A stretch of 64,000 bases of DNA from Tubulanus polymorphus (lineage: Eukaryota > Animalia > Nemertea): the NCBI RefSeq assembly GCF_964204645.1, contig NC_134028.1, positions 22,874,345 through 22,938,344 on the forward strand, in the 5' to 3' direction. Of the stretch, positions 23,889 through 37,604 are shown piece after piece (position 1 is the stretch's first letter; each line of letters opens with the position of its first letter). The notes below the pieces were generated by a model that saw nothing but the letters and a program-made list of their open reading frames with translations, was not told the DNA's origin and ran no database searches. A program made the position numbers and the translations under genes.

Positions 23889-26800
23889 ATGGCGGCGATT
23901 TCGAACGAAGAGACCCCTAATCTCGGTTTCATGACTATCACTCAACTAAAAGAAGAATGCGCTAAATACAAATTGCCGAGTGACGGACAGAAAACAGAAC
24001 TCATAGAAAGAATTCGTAAACATTTGAAGTCGTCAGGTTCGTATAACGCAGTGCAGGTATCAGTCTGCTGTTTGGAGAGCCGGGTAACCCCTCAACCCGA
24101 ACCCTGTACCCCTTTCAGCCTGTATCCTGCAGCACTCCTTCAGTGCAGGTATCAATCTGCTGTTTGGAGGGCCGTGTAACCCCTCAACCTGAACCCTGCA
24201 CCCCTTTCAGCCTGTATCCTGCAGCTCTCCTTCAGTGCAGGTATCAGTCTGCTGTTTGGAGGGCCGGGTAACCCCTCAACCTGGACCCTGCACCCCTTTC
24301 AGCCTGTATCCTGCAGTGAATCCCCCTGCACTCCCTCAGTGCTGGTATCAATCTGCATCCTGTACTCCTGCAATCTGTATCTGCATCCTGTAGATGGCTG
24401 TATCAGTGTTGAGAAGCTGTAAATAAAATCAGTCCGTCAATTAATTAGATGGCTGTATCAGTGTTGAAAATCGGTCAGTGAATTAAATTCTTATTACAGA
24501 TAGCAACGGAGAAGAGAGCGAAGAGGAAGGAGAAGAGGAAAAAGAGCAATTGAAAACTGAGTAAGTTTTCCTTGATTTGTGACTCATTAATCTTTTATAA
24601 TTTCATCTAAACAAGGAAAATATGTGCTGCATCCATAAGTTAAAGGAGATATCTGGGATCGTGCCTGCATAATGTGGTATGTAGCCTGCATGGTATTTTG
24701 GGTTCCCCAAAAAACATATTGATAATGCGGTTCAATCAGCAACATTCTGCAGGCATGTGGGGGAAAAATTTCATATAAGTAAATTGTAAAACTGCGTTTT
24801 CATTTGAAAATAAATTTTAGGCTTACATTTTTTGCTGCCTTGAAAATTTTCTGGGGGTGTCCGAATCATTACAACAACTCGGGCCAGATGCACAGTCATG
24901 ACTCAGATTGTTCTTAGATGTAAACCATGACTGCGCAACCCTTGGCCATCAACCCCTGTAAAACTAGTTTTCTATCTTCTTCCATTTGTCAGCGAACTAA
25001 CGGAAGAGGATCTGCGAGAGTTTGTTTTAGATCGGTGCGAAGATAAAAAAACTATCACTTGTAAACTGTGTATGGAATCAATCGAAGATTCCGATGAAAA
25101 GGTTAGTCTCTGAGTGTATTACACTGTACTGTCTATCTCTGCCTTTGGATTTACCTAGCTGTAAAGACATTAACAATTTTCTGGTGTGAAAATTTACCGT
25201 TCCAAACCACATTTTCTAACGTAATTCATGGTGTATCATGTGAACTGCTCTGATACGCAGTGGAAATCTATCTTGTTAGGCTTTAGCTGCTCATATGAAA
25301 GGAAAAGTGCACAAAAAGATGTTCGAAGAACTCAAGAAAACCGTGAAAGAAAATGGTCAGCGATTCTTACATTTCTGTCTCTGCTATCGTGAAATCTACT
25401 TGAATATCTAAAAAATCGAAATTCGATTTAAATTTTCAGGAAACATTCTGACAGAGTTTTTTCCTAATTGCGAGGTAAGTCGTGCTGGCCTCATATTCGA
25501 ATATGTGATAGATTTGCCTACAGTCGCGTCAATATTATTGATTTTTGGCATTTTTGCAGACGTGCAATCGTCCTATACCTTACTCACAGTGGGAATATCA
25601 TCACGACACTCCTCGACATCGACTCGTAAGTAACGAACAAACTTCAGAGAAATTGTTTTTCATAGTTCAAGATAGTATGTCAAAATTTCCTTGTACATCC
25701 AATGAAGGGGAACATACTTTAGAATTATAATATAAAAACCCACCATGTACAAATTAAAGGAATTTTAAAATCGAGAATTTATATATTCAAAAATTCTAAA
25801 ATTCAAAATACACGACGTTTCGATTTCACACCTGACGATGATCTCTAGGGTAAGATCGAAACGTCCTTTTTTAACATTTTAGAAATAAATTCTGGATTTT
25901 AAAATTCTTTTGATTTGTACATAATGGGTTTTTATCTTATTATCAGTTCACCACCTTTGTGTGTGGTTATTGTACTTATACTTTAGAATTGCTTTAGAAG
26001 GTTATAAAGTATCCAAGCTTAAGACCACAAGCGGGGTTTCACCATCGGCTTGGTGCCGGTATTCTAAAAGAAAAGATGCTTTTTCTGAGAGTATGAATAT
26101 CCAATTTATAGGTTTTAGTGATCTCTGCTACGACAAAAAAGGTCACCTTTATGGGAACGCAGTGGTTAAGACTCTGAAATACCTCCTAAATCCTCCCCTC
26201 TTAGGTGTCCCTTTATCTGAATCTATATATTATTCATTTCAGAATAAATTACTTATCGAAAATGATGGTGAGTAATTGAAAAATAATCGATTTTCGTTCA
26301 AAGAAAAAGAAATATTCAAAATAATTCCTGAGTTGACGATGAATTTTGAATCTCTTGCAGCTGAACCGCAGTCGCTTCCATTTTCCCTCATACAAAAAGA
26401 TGTTGATGCAATAAATAACGTTGATGATCCGGCCATAGGTAAATCGGCATTCATTTATAGTTCATCTCCGCGTAATCTCCGTTAGTTTCAACATTAAATG
26501 CAGAGTTAAAATATTCATGTATGCGGATTAAATCATTAATTGATATTAACTTCGGCCGAACTTAATTCTGTTGATGTCTGGCGAACTGCGTCTGCGTTAA
26601 AATCCCTGCGGGAAAAATTATAGAATTGTTGGCCATAAACCTAAACCAGGGATATTTCAGCCAAACTCCAATATCGTTTTTGTACTTATTAACTAAATAT
26701 TTTCACTTAGCAACATCTTAACCCTTTCAGTGCTTGCTAATTAATACCCTATAGTGCTGATGATAATTTGAAAATTCTGAAAAATTCCACCCTAGTGTGT

Positions 26801-29800
26801 TGAATAACAGGAATAGCACTATAGTGCATCTACACCCCGTCGCGGTATATCGTTAGTTACCAATATTTCACGATGTTGCTGCCATCTTTCAAGAGAGATA
26901 ATTAGAAATTACTAATTAAATCAATACACCACAGTGCGGTGTACTAGCAAAATCCATCACTGATTCGTACACCGCACTGCGGTGTAGACGCACTGAAAGG
27001 GTGAAGAAGTATGGACAATAAGTCATTAAGTACATGCACTTAATGTAAATAGCTACTGAGCTGTATATACAGAGCATATGTTTTAAATTGTTCATTCCTA
27101 GCTTCATACTATCTAAACCAAACTGACGCAACGTTTATTTGACTAATCAAACTAAACTTTATCTGACTAATTTATCTAATGTTACGTACTTAGTTAATGG
27201 ACTCAGTTTTTGATAAAAAATTGACTACATTTTTATTCTGCGATGTTTTTTACCCGGTAGGTTTAAACTACGTACACGAAGTGATCTACGCCGAAACGTA
27301 CGATAAATACAAAGTGACGTACATCTGTAAATGTTGTAACATACGCGAAAGCGACATGAAAACCGGCGAGCAGATCCTTAAACATATCGCGACAAAGAAA
27401 CACATCTGTAACGCAGCCGTAAGTTTAGGGAGTTTACCTAATCTTTTCGGGTCCTGGTTTCGAAATTCCGTGATATTTCGTCTCGATTTACCGCCAGCAA
27501 AAATCCAATAATAATAATAATGATAATGATAATAATAATAATAATGTCACATTTATATAGCGCCGGTTTCACTAATAATCACCAGCGCTTTGTATGGTAG
27601 TGGTGCTGAATTCACAGAGCATAGGCTTTGCAGAAAAGCAAATGTTTTACTCTCTGTTTGAAAGTGTTGATTGCAGTTAGGCCTATATTCCAGTTCCTAA
27701 GTTCATAATCGAATTGAAAGTTGATCTCGGGGCTCAGGCAGGTTTAGATTTTGTCTAACTATTGCGGAATTCTTTTGGAACTCAACAAAAAATTCGGAAT
27801 TTTCGATTATATTTCATCCAAATTCTCACACGTGTTTCTTCACCGTTCGCTCTGAGCGGGTTTTAACTCAAAATCAGGTGCAGCACATGCATGACGTGTA
27901 CACGCACTGCAGGTGTCTCTGATATGACACTTTCAAAACGTTATGAGCAGGAAATGACCAGTTTTAACCCTAGATGCAAACTGAACTGGATGCAGAATGA
28001 TAGAACCGTAGAACATTGGCCTTAGGTGGTACACTTGTAGAATATTTACCAAGTACACTTTTTCGTGAAGTGCACTTTCCCTATGATAAAGTGCACTAAT
28101 TTTACAAAAGCAGACTCAATGAGTACACTCACCGAGTACACTATTTTGTAAAGTGCACTTTCCCTATGAAAAAGTGCACTAATTTCACAAAAGTAGACTC
28201 AATGAGTACACTTTGAGTGTACTTTACTCATGGAAGTGCACTTCAAGTGCATTTTGTTTTCATAAAGGTGAAGTTCTCTCGGGAGCCATGAACGATAAGC
28301 TCGGTTTACGCTATAACACGTTTACGATCGGTTGATTTCAGAAACGTGATCATCAGGATGCGTACAGCGCCGTTATACGTTGCGTCGACGTGTTCAACCG
28401 ATCTCGTCCGCCCGGTTCTAAACAACACACGGTCAACGACGAACTGATGCATTATATCAAAGACAACCCGGGTATCTTCATGAAACGACACCGCATCAAA
28501 GTGAAAATCAATCTCGGAGACGAGTACGATAATTACATCAAACAGAAATACGGAGTAAGGAAAAAATATCCGATTTCTAGATACGAAATTATCGTTGAAT
28601 TATTGAATTTGATGCAGTGTGAATGTATCTGAAATACAGTAGAACTCGCTTCATTCGGATTACCGGTACCTGGGACTGGAAAATTTGGTCCGAATTCAAC
28701 GAAATCCGAATGTTCTCTCATTTGAATGGAAATAACCTAGTGGGGTCTGGAATTTTAGTCGGAAATAAGAGAAAATCCGAATAAAACCGATCCGAATTAA
28801 ACGAGTTATTCTGCAGTTGAGTATCCATGAAATAAAGAACAATTTCATTTTTATTTCACAAATCAAGTTCCTCTACATTTTAATTCAATTCTGATCAAAA
28901 CTTTTCTCTTTTGTAAATCATTTTTCAGTGAACTATCGACCATACGCTGTGCGGGAAAGCCATTCTTATACTATCTTATCGTTTGCTTTTTCAGAAAGGA
29001 TTTCCGAGATCGAAAAAGCCAGAAGAAGGTAAAATTGTCGAGGGAGTGAGATTGTTCTGTTTTATACTCTCAAGAAGAATTTCGATTTCTTTGTTTGTTG
29101 ATCTAGTTTATCTTAAAAAATCGAAAAGTTGATTTTGTAGATCCTGACGTAAAAGCCATCATACAAGATCGAATAAACATTTGCAGACGAGCAATAGTCG
29201 GTAAGTAAAAATGTTTTAGTTAATATCTCGATGTGTTAAACTAGGCAGCCAACAAAATTAACACCGGTTCAGACTAGTTGGCAGTTGGTTTGAATGAGCC
29301 CGAACCAAAATTTTCAATTATCTACTTCGATTTAAACAAAAATTTTATAAATTCGACCGCCGATACGGTCATCAATGGGTTTTTTAGGGGCACCAAATCG
29401 AAAGAAATCAAATCAAATCTACCAATCAAATAAATAACAGGGAAAATCCCTGTTTTAAGATCAAAACATTTTAGCCATCTGATGACTTCCTTCATCTGTG
29501 GCAGTTCCCCTTTGTATTTCATAGATTAAATCAATTTCATTTAAAGATTTTGCGAATATTTTTTTCGTAGGATCGAAATATCTGATCGAGCGACAGTATC
29601 TAAACGGCGACGTCGAGTATTTTTGTTTGTTGTGTCACGTGGAACTCGGAGGCAATGAGAAACCGTCGATTGAACACCTCTGCTGCCCGAATCATAAAAA
29701 ACGATATCTCGTAAGTAGAAACGATAAAAACCTCGCTTGCCCCAGACCCAAGTCACATATGGTCAATGCCTAATTAGTGTACACGTGCGCATGTTAATTA

Positions 29801-32658
29801 CTCACTCGTTACAAAAATGCTGTGGCAAGTGAGGTGAATCACTTCCAGAACCAGTCCGCATTCACACGTGTGCTAAAATTTGATACAGGCCTGGTCCGAC
29901 ATTTTAGTTGGAACAAATATGGCCTGCGTCAAACAGATTTGGACCCATCAAGTATCAGTATGTGAACTGATGAAATTTTGGCTGGGTCCAAAACCGAAGC
30001 TAGAAAACGGTATCCTCAATTGCCGCAGTCGACTGCGGAGTACTCATTGTAAAGTATTTCATCGTCATCGGTGTTGCAGCAAAAGTGCCAGCCGGAAATC
30101 TACAAACAAATCGAAAAAGAAGATCAATACATACCGAACGCTACGAAGAAACAACTGAGAGAGCGCGAAAAAACGGTGACGGCTTTATCGAAGAAACTAG
30201 CGATCGCATTTATAGAAAAATACCCGCGTTCTTTGGTTAAAGTGACGTTGAAGGCAGGAAAATCATTACCAGGTATAGATTATGAAATAAATGTGGCTGT
30301 GTCCGTTATTACTGTCTCAATCCATTAGCAGATTCCACAAGAAAAACCGCGAATCTATTTTCAACACACTTGATGTCACGATATTAATGAACGCATACAG
30401 CTCCTCTATAATCCCAGCAGATACTGATATTGCGTTATTTGCTTTAGATTGTTATTTTACTGATTCGATGTTTCACGTATTGTAGCTTGGAAACCACCTT
30501 CGAAAAGACCCGATAAAAGAAATCAACGGTCGGCCGGTAATTGGTACGTCGTATCTTCTGCTTTTCCGTTGATCGTCTTTTTGAAGTTGATTCGTTACTC
30601 CTTGAGAAAATGAAATTACTTATTTCAGGGTCGATGACGATAGCAGGAGGATGTATCAACAACACCACAACTATTCCTATAACAGAAGATGTAAGTACGT
30701 TTTCATTTCAATCAAAATACGTGAGTCGTTTTAGCTTGATTTACAGTAGACTGTGTTTGATGTGTTGATATCAATGCTCTGTCATAGCTTGTGAGAAATT
30801 ACACCAAAATGAAGATTAGTTTTCAATATTTCGTAATCTTTAGTGAAGATTTGGTGTCCATGTTACACTTAGGAATGAATCAATTCCCTCGGGGTGGTCA
30901 CCATCTTGGAAAACCTGGAAAACTCTGTGAATTGTAAAACTCGAGGGAAAATCCTGGAAAACTCCTGGGAATCTGGATAATGTTGTTGACCACGTGTATT
31001 TTTATCAGTGATTCGATGTAAAATGAATGAATTGTAACGTTCTAAACCTAAAAATTTCTTTGATTCGCTCGTGGAATTTTGTAATCACTCGGAAAAATCA
31101 TGGAAAACTCAAGGGAATTTGTAAATGGGCGGAAAGTGGCCAATCTGTTCCTTTAAAATCCCAGGATATGGAGAACATTGTGTAAGAGAGGAATTTATTT
31201 CTAAAACTTTCATGTTTGATTTATTCAGCAGCTGGTCCCGGTATGGATTATTGCGGTGGTTATGACTATAATTCGGCCGGATACTCGTATCAAAGTCCGT
31301 ACGACGAATACTACCACGGCACCGGTGGATACTGCGGATACCCGGGCGGATATCAACAACCGGGAAGTTATCCGCGACGCAATCAACAACAGCAACAACA
31401 ACGCGTTAGATCGACGTACCCCGGAGGACGAGGTTTCCTAGCCGATGAATACGAGAGGCAGTACGCTGGCTGCGGAGCTCAGGGTAACGACTACAGACTT
31501 CAACAACATCAACAACAGCAGTCACCTTACCACCACGCAAATCAGGTATTATCATTTTCAAGTCCCAGTTCCACAGTTGAAGGTTTCATTTTACTCTTGC
31601 TTATGTAACTGCCATTCTGCTGTCAGTACCCTGTACCCTCTCAGACAATCTGCTGTCTGTACCCTGCGCCCCCTCAGACAATCTGCTGTCTGTACCCTAC
31701 ACTACCTCAGACAATCTGCTGTCTGTACCCTCCCAGACAATCTGCTGTCTGTACCCTGCACCCTGTCCCTCTCAGACAATCTGCTGTCTGTGTCTTGCAT
31801 CCCCTCAGACAATCTGCTGTCTGTATCTTGCATCCCCTCAGACAATCTGCTGTCTGTATCCTGCATCCCCTCAGACAATCTGCTGCTTGAATATTGACTC
31901 TCAACCACAGTGTTGATTGACTCTTTCAGGCATCGGGCTCATATAATGAAGAGTTGAATATGATGGAAGTAGCAATGATACATAAACTCTCAAAAGTGAT
32001 AACTAAACAAGTTCTAGATGTGAGAAGAGGTCACCAGGTTAGTAGTAGACATATTGATGCATTTTTTATGCCATATACTGCAGAGCTCAGAATTAATACA
32101 CAACCTGTGTGTTCAAGTTTAGATATCTTATTTGAATCCGTCCAAACTGTGATCAGTAAGCGCTTATGCGATAGCAACATGTATGGACAATCTCGATAAA
32201 TTTGGTGAAAAACTCAATTGTATGGTTCGTCAATCGAATTTGTGCAATATGTTTTATTTTGAAATCTTCATGACATCCTCTCAGTCAATGTCGACAGGTG
32301 ACACGACACTCTTTGAATCCGACGGGTCGATCGATATTAATCCCAGTTATTTCTGAGTTAATGAACTAAACTCACAGTCGACGGTTTAAAAGTCTATTCT
32401 TACAGTTTGGAAGTTTTGAAGAAAAACTATTTTATTTTCTCGGATGGTGAAGTTTAGTCAAAACTTCCAAACTGTCGGTTAAATCTTCTTTGTCACGGTA
32501 CCATTTCAATCGAGTTTCTTATAGATGTTTATAAATTGATATTTGTGCAGGATGATTACAGCAGCAGCAGCGGCGGGGGCGGTGGATACAACGGCGGCAA
32601 TAGAGGAGGAGGAGGAGGTGGAGGAGGTTATAACGGTCGTAGAGGAAGGAACTATTAA
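23889..32658 (+). CDS. Uncharacterised SAP-domain, multi U1/matrin-like zinc finger, RGG/Y-Q-rich protein (paralog A)
   Basis: In-frame exons: 23889-24036 (SAP: MTITQLKEECAKYKLPSDGQKTELIERI), 24500-24560, 24993-25101, 25280-25355, 25440-25474, 25560-25625, 26243-26267, 26361-26438, 27261-27418, 28341-28554, 28995-29028, 29141-29200, 29571-29710, 30080-30272, 30486-30528, 30629-30690, ~31228-31545, 31930-32037, 32551-32658. Fingers: CKLC..HMKGKVH, CETC..HHDTPRH, CKCC..HIATKKH, CLLC..HLCCPNH. Likely non-coding first exon ends at 22770. Confidence 0.85.
24050..24400. repeat. Intronic tandem repeat (~92-bp unit) directly after the SAP exon
   Basis: cagtgcaggtatcagtctgctgtttggagggccgggtaacccctcaacc...cccctttcagcctgtatcctgcag, about 3 copies. 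Confidence 0.85.
26722..27001. mobile_element. piggyBac-like MITE
   Basis: TTAA|ccctttcagtgc ... gcactgaaaggg; second copy at 37073-37497. Confidence 0.7.
28050..28260. repeat. Degenerate repeat built from aagtgcactt/gagtacact palindromic units
   Basis: An ~83-bp block is duplicated and contains multiple gtgcac and gtacac motifs. Confidence 0.7.
30890..31147. mobile_element. MITE family (gggtggccact...ggaaaa-rich interior...gtggccaccctg)
   Basis: Similar copies in EME1 introns at ~51880-52155, 53447-53720 and 54575-54847. Confidence 0.6.
31615..31887. repeat. ~33-bp minisatellite in an intron of paralog A
   Basis: Unit cccctcagacaatctgctgtctgtatcttgcat and variants. Confidence 0.9.
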
Positions 32659-33952
32659 CTAGAAATCATTCAAAAGGATTTGATGATCTGTGCTCAGCGT
32701 GTACAACGAAAACTATTGAAATAATGGGATTCTTACAGATCGGGGAATCCATTAAATTTTGGCAGCGATTTATCGGTAAATCTTCGGATTTCGCGTATTT
32801 GCTTACGATCGGACTCGGATTTTCTGTTTTTTAAGAATTCCGTGCGTTGTTGTTATAGCATTACTTGAATATTCTAGGTCCCCCCAATATTTGGTACAGC
32901 TTAGTATTAACTCAGCATCGTTTATGTTTATTTTCCGTTAATTCCAAGCTGTACCGTAAGACTCGCGTGGTTTCACCCGCTGAGTATGGCGTAGCCTGCT
33001 GTATCTCAATAACCTATCTGTGCGATTGAACTCATATTATAGGTACACTCCTGCGCTGGCTTTCGTAGTTGTCGAATCTAGATAATCCCCGGGAACATTT
33101 TGAACTTTGTCAGTTATAACCATAGTTTCTCATTGTCAATCAGATTGAGGATTTACCCCAAGGGATAACTTTGATACTCAATGAAACCGGGCCCTCTGGA
33201 TAATTTTAAGTTCGTAGTTTTATTGATATGGATCACTGTTTCGATGAAAATGGCCAGCATCAGAAAATAGATTTTGACGACTATAAAGAAAATGTGATTC
33301 AGAATTCGAGATATTTGTAGAATCTAAGATGTTCGTATTGTGTTGTATTATTCGGCTTATTTCGTGTGTTATTATACATCGTGTAGGTTGCTTGGCTCCG
33401 AGAATCCCCAATTGCTCGAAGCCAAATTTCACTTTCTTTGTTTCAAATAATAATCAAGTGATTTATTCAATCAAAACAGTTTGACTTATAGGAAAAATAG
33501 CCTCCAATCACATGCTGCGTACGCGACCCTTAATAAGATGGAATCCATTCAGTTTTTGAGAAATCCGCGTCATATTTATTCAGGTCTACTGTATGCTTAT
33601 TAGTTAAACGTATATACAGTGGTGTCTATTTCCAATAGGCTCTTACCATGTTTCAAAGGTACCATACAGCACAGCGGACTCTATACCTAAGTTTGAATAT
33701 TAATTCAAAGTTTCTTCTAATCGCTGGCCTGTCCCTGGTATCAATCTGCTGCCTGTACCCACGCTGAATAAATAATCCGCCTTTTGATGGGTGAATATGT
33801 GTCGGCAATTAAATTTTTATGATGAAATGTCTTTTTCTGTGGGATTTGGTAAAAATCTGATCATTTTCTGAGTGAAAATGCCTTTGGTCCAGGAAGGAGA
33901 GCTGGTAGTCATGGTCAAGTTGTCAAGTTTGGTCAAGTCATGGTCATGGTCA

Positions 33953-34420
33953 AGCAGATTGTCTGAGGGGGTGCGTGGTACAGACAGCAGATTGTCTGAG
34001 GCAGTACAGAATATAGACAGCAGATTGTCTGAAGGGGTACAGAATATAGACAGCAGATTGTCTGAGGGGGTGCGTGGTACAGACAGCAGATTGTCTGAGG
34101 CAGTACGGAATATAGACAGCAGATTGTCTGAAGGGGTACAGAATATAGACAGCAGATTGTCTGAGGGGGTGCGTGGTACAGACAGCAGATTGTCTGAGGC
34201 AGTACAGAATATAGACAGCAGATTGTCTGAAGGGGTACAGAATATAGACAGCAGATTGTCTGAGGGGGTGCGTGGTACAGACAGCAGATTGTCTGAGGCA
34301 GTACAGAATATAGACAGCAGATTGTCTGAAGGGGTACAGAATATAGACAGCAGATTGTCTGAGGGGGTGCAGAATATAGACAGCAGATTATCTGAGGGGG
34401 TGCAGAATATAGACAGCAGT
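33953..34420. repeat. 33-bp minisatellite with a 99-bp trimeric higher-order repeat, between the two paralogs
   Basis: Unit gacagcagattgtctgagggggtgcagaatata; same family as 31615-31887 in the opposite orientation. Confidence 0.92.
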
Positions 34421-35860
34421 CTAACTGCTGTAATAATGTAATGCTCTGGTGTATTGAGAGTCTATTGTTCATCCCTATCTGTAGTTAATAATAATGTTTA
34501 ATATAATACGTAGTGCTTGAAGTCACTCTTTTTCTCTCTAAGAGATTTAAACGGATGTTTGTGTATCTTAGCATTATTCGGGCTAATGATATTCTATTCT
34601 CGCGGAGACGTTCGGGTTCCCGATGATCGATTGAAGTTTTAGGGTCGTTGTGTTATCGGACCATGTCAGTCCAGTGTGGCGTAGATTGTTTACACCCGCG
34701 ATGGTTTCTTTTTCATTTGTATAGCTTTTTACAGCGGTTCATCATTCAATATTAACATGTCAAACATTTCCGTTTAATAAAAAATTTTGAAAATTCCACA
34801 ATTACTTCGTTCATTGGTATTATTTTAAATTAATTAATGGAATCTTGTTTCCTCTGTTTCCTCCAATTGCCTCGGAAAATCGCACGGCCTCTGCCGAAGA
34901 ATCATTGCTCTCACCACTCGGGAATTCCCTTGCCAAGGAACCGATTGCCATAGATTATTGCATCACAGAGCTGCCAACTGTTCCTGATCTGCAGTATTTG
35001 TTACAAGATATACTGATTTGATGCATACAGAAAAATGAAAGATGTTACTGAGGGTCTTGCTTTTGATTACTGATTAATTCAAACATTTTCTTTCATATTT
35101 CAATGAAATGTCACTAAATTCATTTTGTTGCCGATAGCACTTTTCAGACGTTGGCAGCCCTCGCATCATTTGAAACTTAATCTGCTTCAAAGGGAAATCT
35201 CGATTATAACTTACGTTAGAAATCCAACTGATCAGAATTAAACGAGTCGACTCTAACCCCAAGATCATCAAAGCAGAGGTTTTCCAAACCACAAAATACG
35301 ACGAAATATTACAAGCTTATAAGCAATCTTTTTACATCGTGACATCATTTTAATATTACGACTTAACGATGAATACACAGGATTAACCGGTAAACACATA
35401 GCGGCATGAAGAGTATTTACAAATATCATTCAGGGAAGAGTTATGAGACGAAATTATAAACGTTTAAAACCAACACAATGAATTAATCAGTTCATCCATT
35501 CATTTACGTATAAATTATTCCATTGAGATGTACAACGACCGCACTTCACTTTAGTACAGTATCGAATGTTTTTATGTTTGCCGAGAAGCCATCGCTCTCT
35601 AAAACCCACCGAAATTCATGTTCATGCTCTGAAATGACAATAGAACATGCTGGAATATGCTGTGGTACTATAAGGCAAGTTTCAACCGGATGTATTCCAG
35701 TTTTAGAATAACAATTCCGCAATAAGGTCGATAGAAATCCCGATTCCCAAATACTGGACTCAATTGTAGGGCCATAACTGTCAACTGGCCCTAGAATTGA
35801 GTCCAGTATTTGAGAATCATTAGAGGCCAATCCAATACCTGTAAAGTAGAAGTCGTATTT

Positions 35861-37567
35861 TTACCGTACCTTGCCGGATTTTTTGGCAGCCAACATTTCT
35901 TTACACAAAGCTTTCGATATCCGTTCGACCATCGCAGCCTCCATGCTGTCCAAGTCTTCATCTCCTCCCATACCACCGCCCTAAATCAAAGCACGGATAG
36001 AAAATCAAATAAAATTATTCGAATGCATCGAAAAAATCCTCTACATGATGATCTACCAGGTTTCTTATTACAAGATGCCCCACTAGATCGTAGAAACTTT
36101 TAGGACCTCAAATCTCTAAATGTGATAAATTACACCAAACTTCAGGAAAGTCCTAAAAGACTTATAGGTATTTCAGTCATTGATGACATCAAGATTTGAG
36201 GCTCAAATCATTAGATGTATCAAATTTTGTATTTTTGTCCCCTTTAAGTCCCCAAATTCTGGATTAACCAAATACTACGATTGCCTCAGGTCTCAAGGGG
36301 CAGTCATCGCCAGTATCGGTCATTATTACAATAATTGGAATACCGGTAAGAAAATATTTTTGAATATATCATCTCAAATGAGGCAATTGACTGGGGGAGT
36401 CGAGGGCACACGATAATCTGAGGAATTCAACTCTGGGACAAGGGGAAGGCAAGGGCATGCAATTATATGAGGAAGTCGACTCCAGCGTAAACAGTCTATA
36501 ACGAACCGTGTCAATAAACGACGACACTTACCTGATTCTCGTAACCTTCGTTGCTGAATCCACTCATATTTCCAAATCCTCTCCTATTTCCTCCACCCCT
36601 TCCATATCCTTGATTACCTCCGAAGCCTTGATTACCTCCGAAGCCTTGATTACCACCGAAGCCTTGATTACCACCGAAGCCTTGATTACCACCGAAGCCT
36701 TGATTACCACCGAAGCCTTGTTCATCTCCATATCCTTGATAATTATCTCCGAATCCTTGCTGCTCGTTGAACCCGAACCCTTGACCTCTACTGCCGGAGT
36801 TATTACCGAAACCCTGACCGCGGCCGGTTTTCTTCGTGCCGTCGTTGCCGCGAATGTTTCCATATCCGGGTCGTTTATATTTGAAACCCATCGCGACGTG
36901 GTCGTTGAGGAAACCTTTCGATCGTTTCGGCTGAGCGCCTTCGTTCTTCATTCTATCACGATTAAAAAACAACATCAGAATCATTTATTCATCGTGTACA
37001 CATGAATGGGGGTAGAGACAAGTTTGAGGTGTTTGCCTCTAGAGTAAAAACATTGGAAATGAACTAATTTAACCCTTTCAGTGCTGACTAATTAACGCAT
37101 TAATGCCCGAAAGTGCATGGTCCAGTTTCACAAATTTAAGCCTAAAACGGTTAAGTTTGAATTGTTGTCTTCATCGAATACATGAAGTAACCAACGGCAA
37201 TTACACCAAAGATTTGGGTTTAACTTTTTTGTGAAACAGGGCCCAGGAGATAGTTTTGAAATTCTTTTTTTTTAAATTCCAGAGTGTGTTGAATAACGGG
37301 AATACCACTACAGTGCGTCTACACCGTGGCGCGACGTATCGTTAGTTACTGATATTTCACCATGTTTGACAATGCAGCCATCTTTTAATAGAGATTAAAA
37401 CTAATTACTAGCAACATCAATACACTGTGATGTGGTGTACTAGTGAAGTCCATCAATGATTATACACCGCACTGTGGTGTAGACGCACTGAAAGGAGTTA
37501 ACACGTTCGCCGCCGACTGTGAGGAATCATTCATTTCCCGTTTTAACTAGACTCAATCTCAATTTCA

Positions 37568-37604
<37 letters not shown>

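Noticed and set aside
26268-26303. 36-nt micro-intron in paralog A
   Set aside because: A better acceptor at 26360 gives a 93-nt intron and an exon that matches paralog B's exon in length and sequence.
33872-34472. 189-aa and 179-aa repetitive ORFs
   Set aside because: Translation of the 33-bp intergenic minisatellite.
35546-35830. 94-aa ORF downstream of paralog B
   Set aside because: It has no ATG start and overlaps the palindromic hairpin; more likely 3'UTR.
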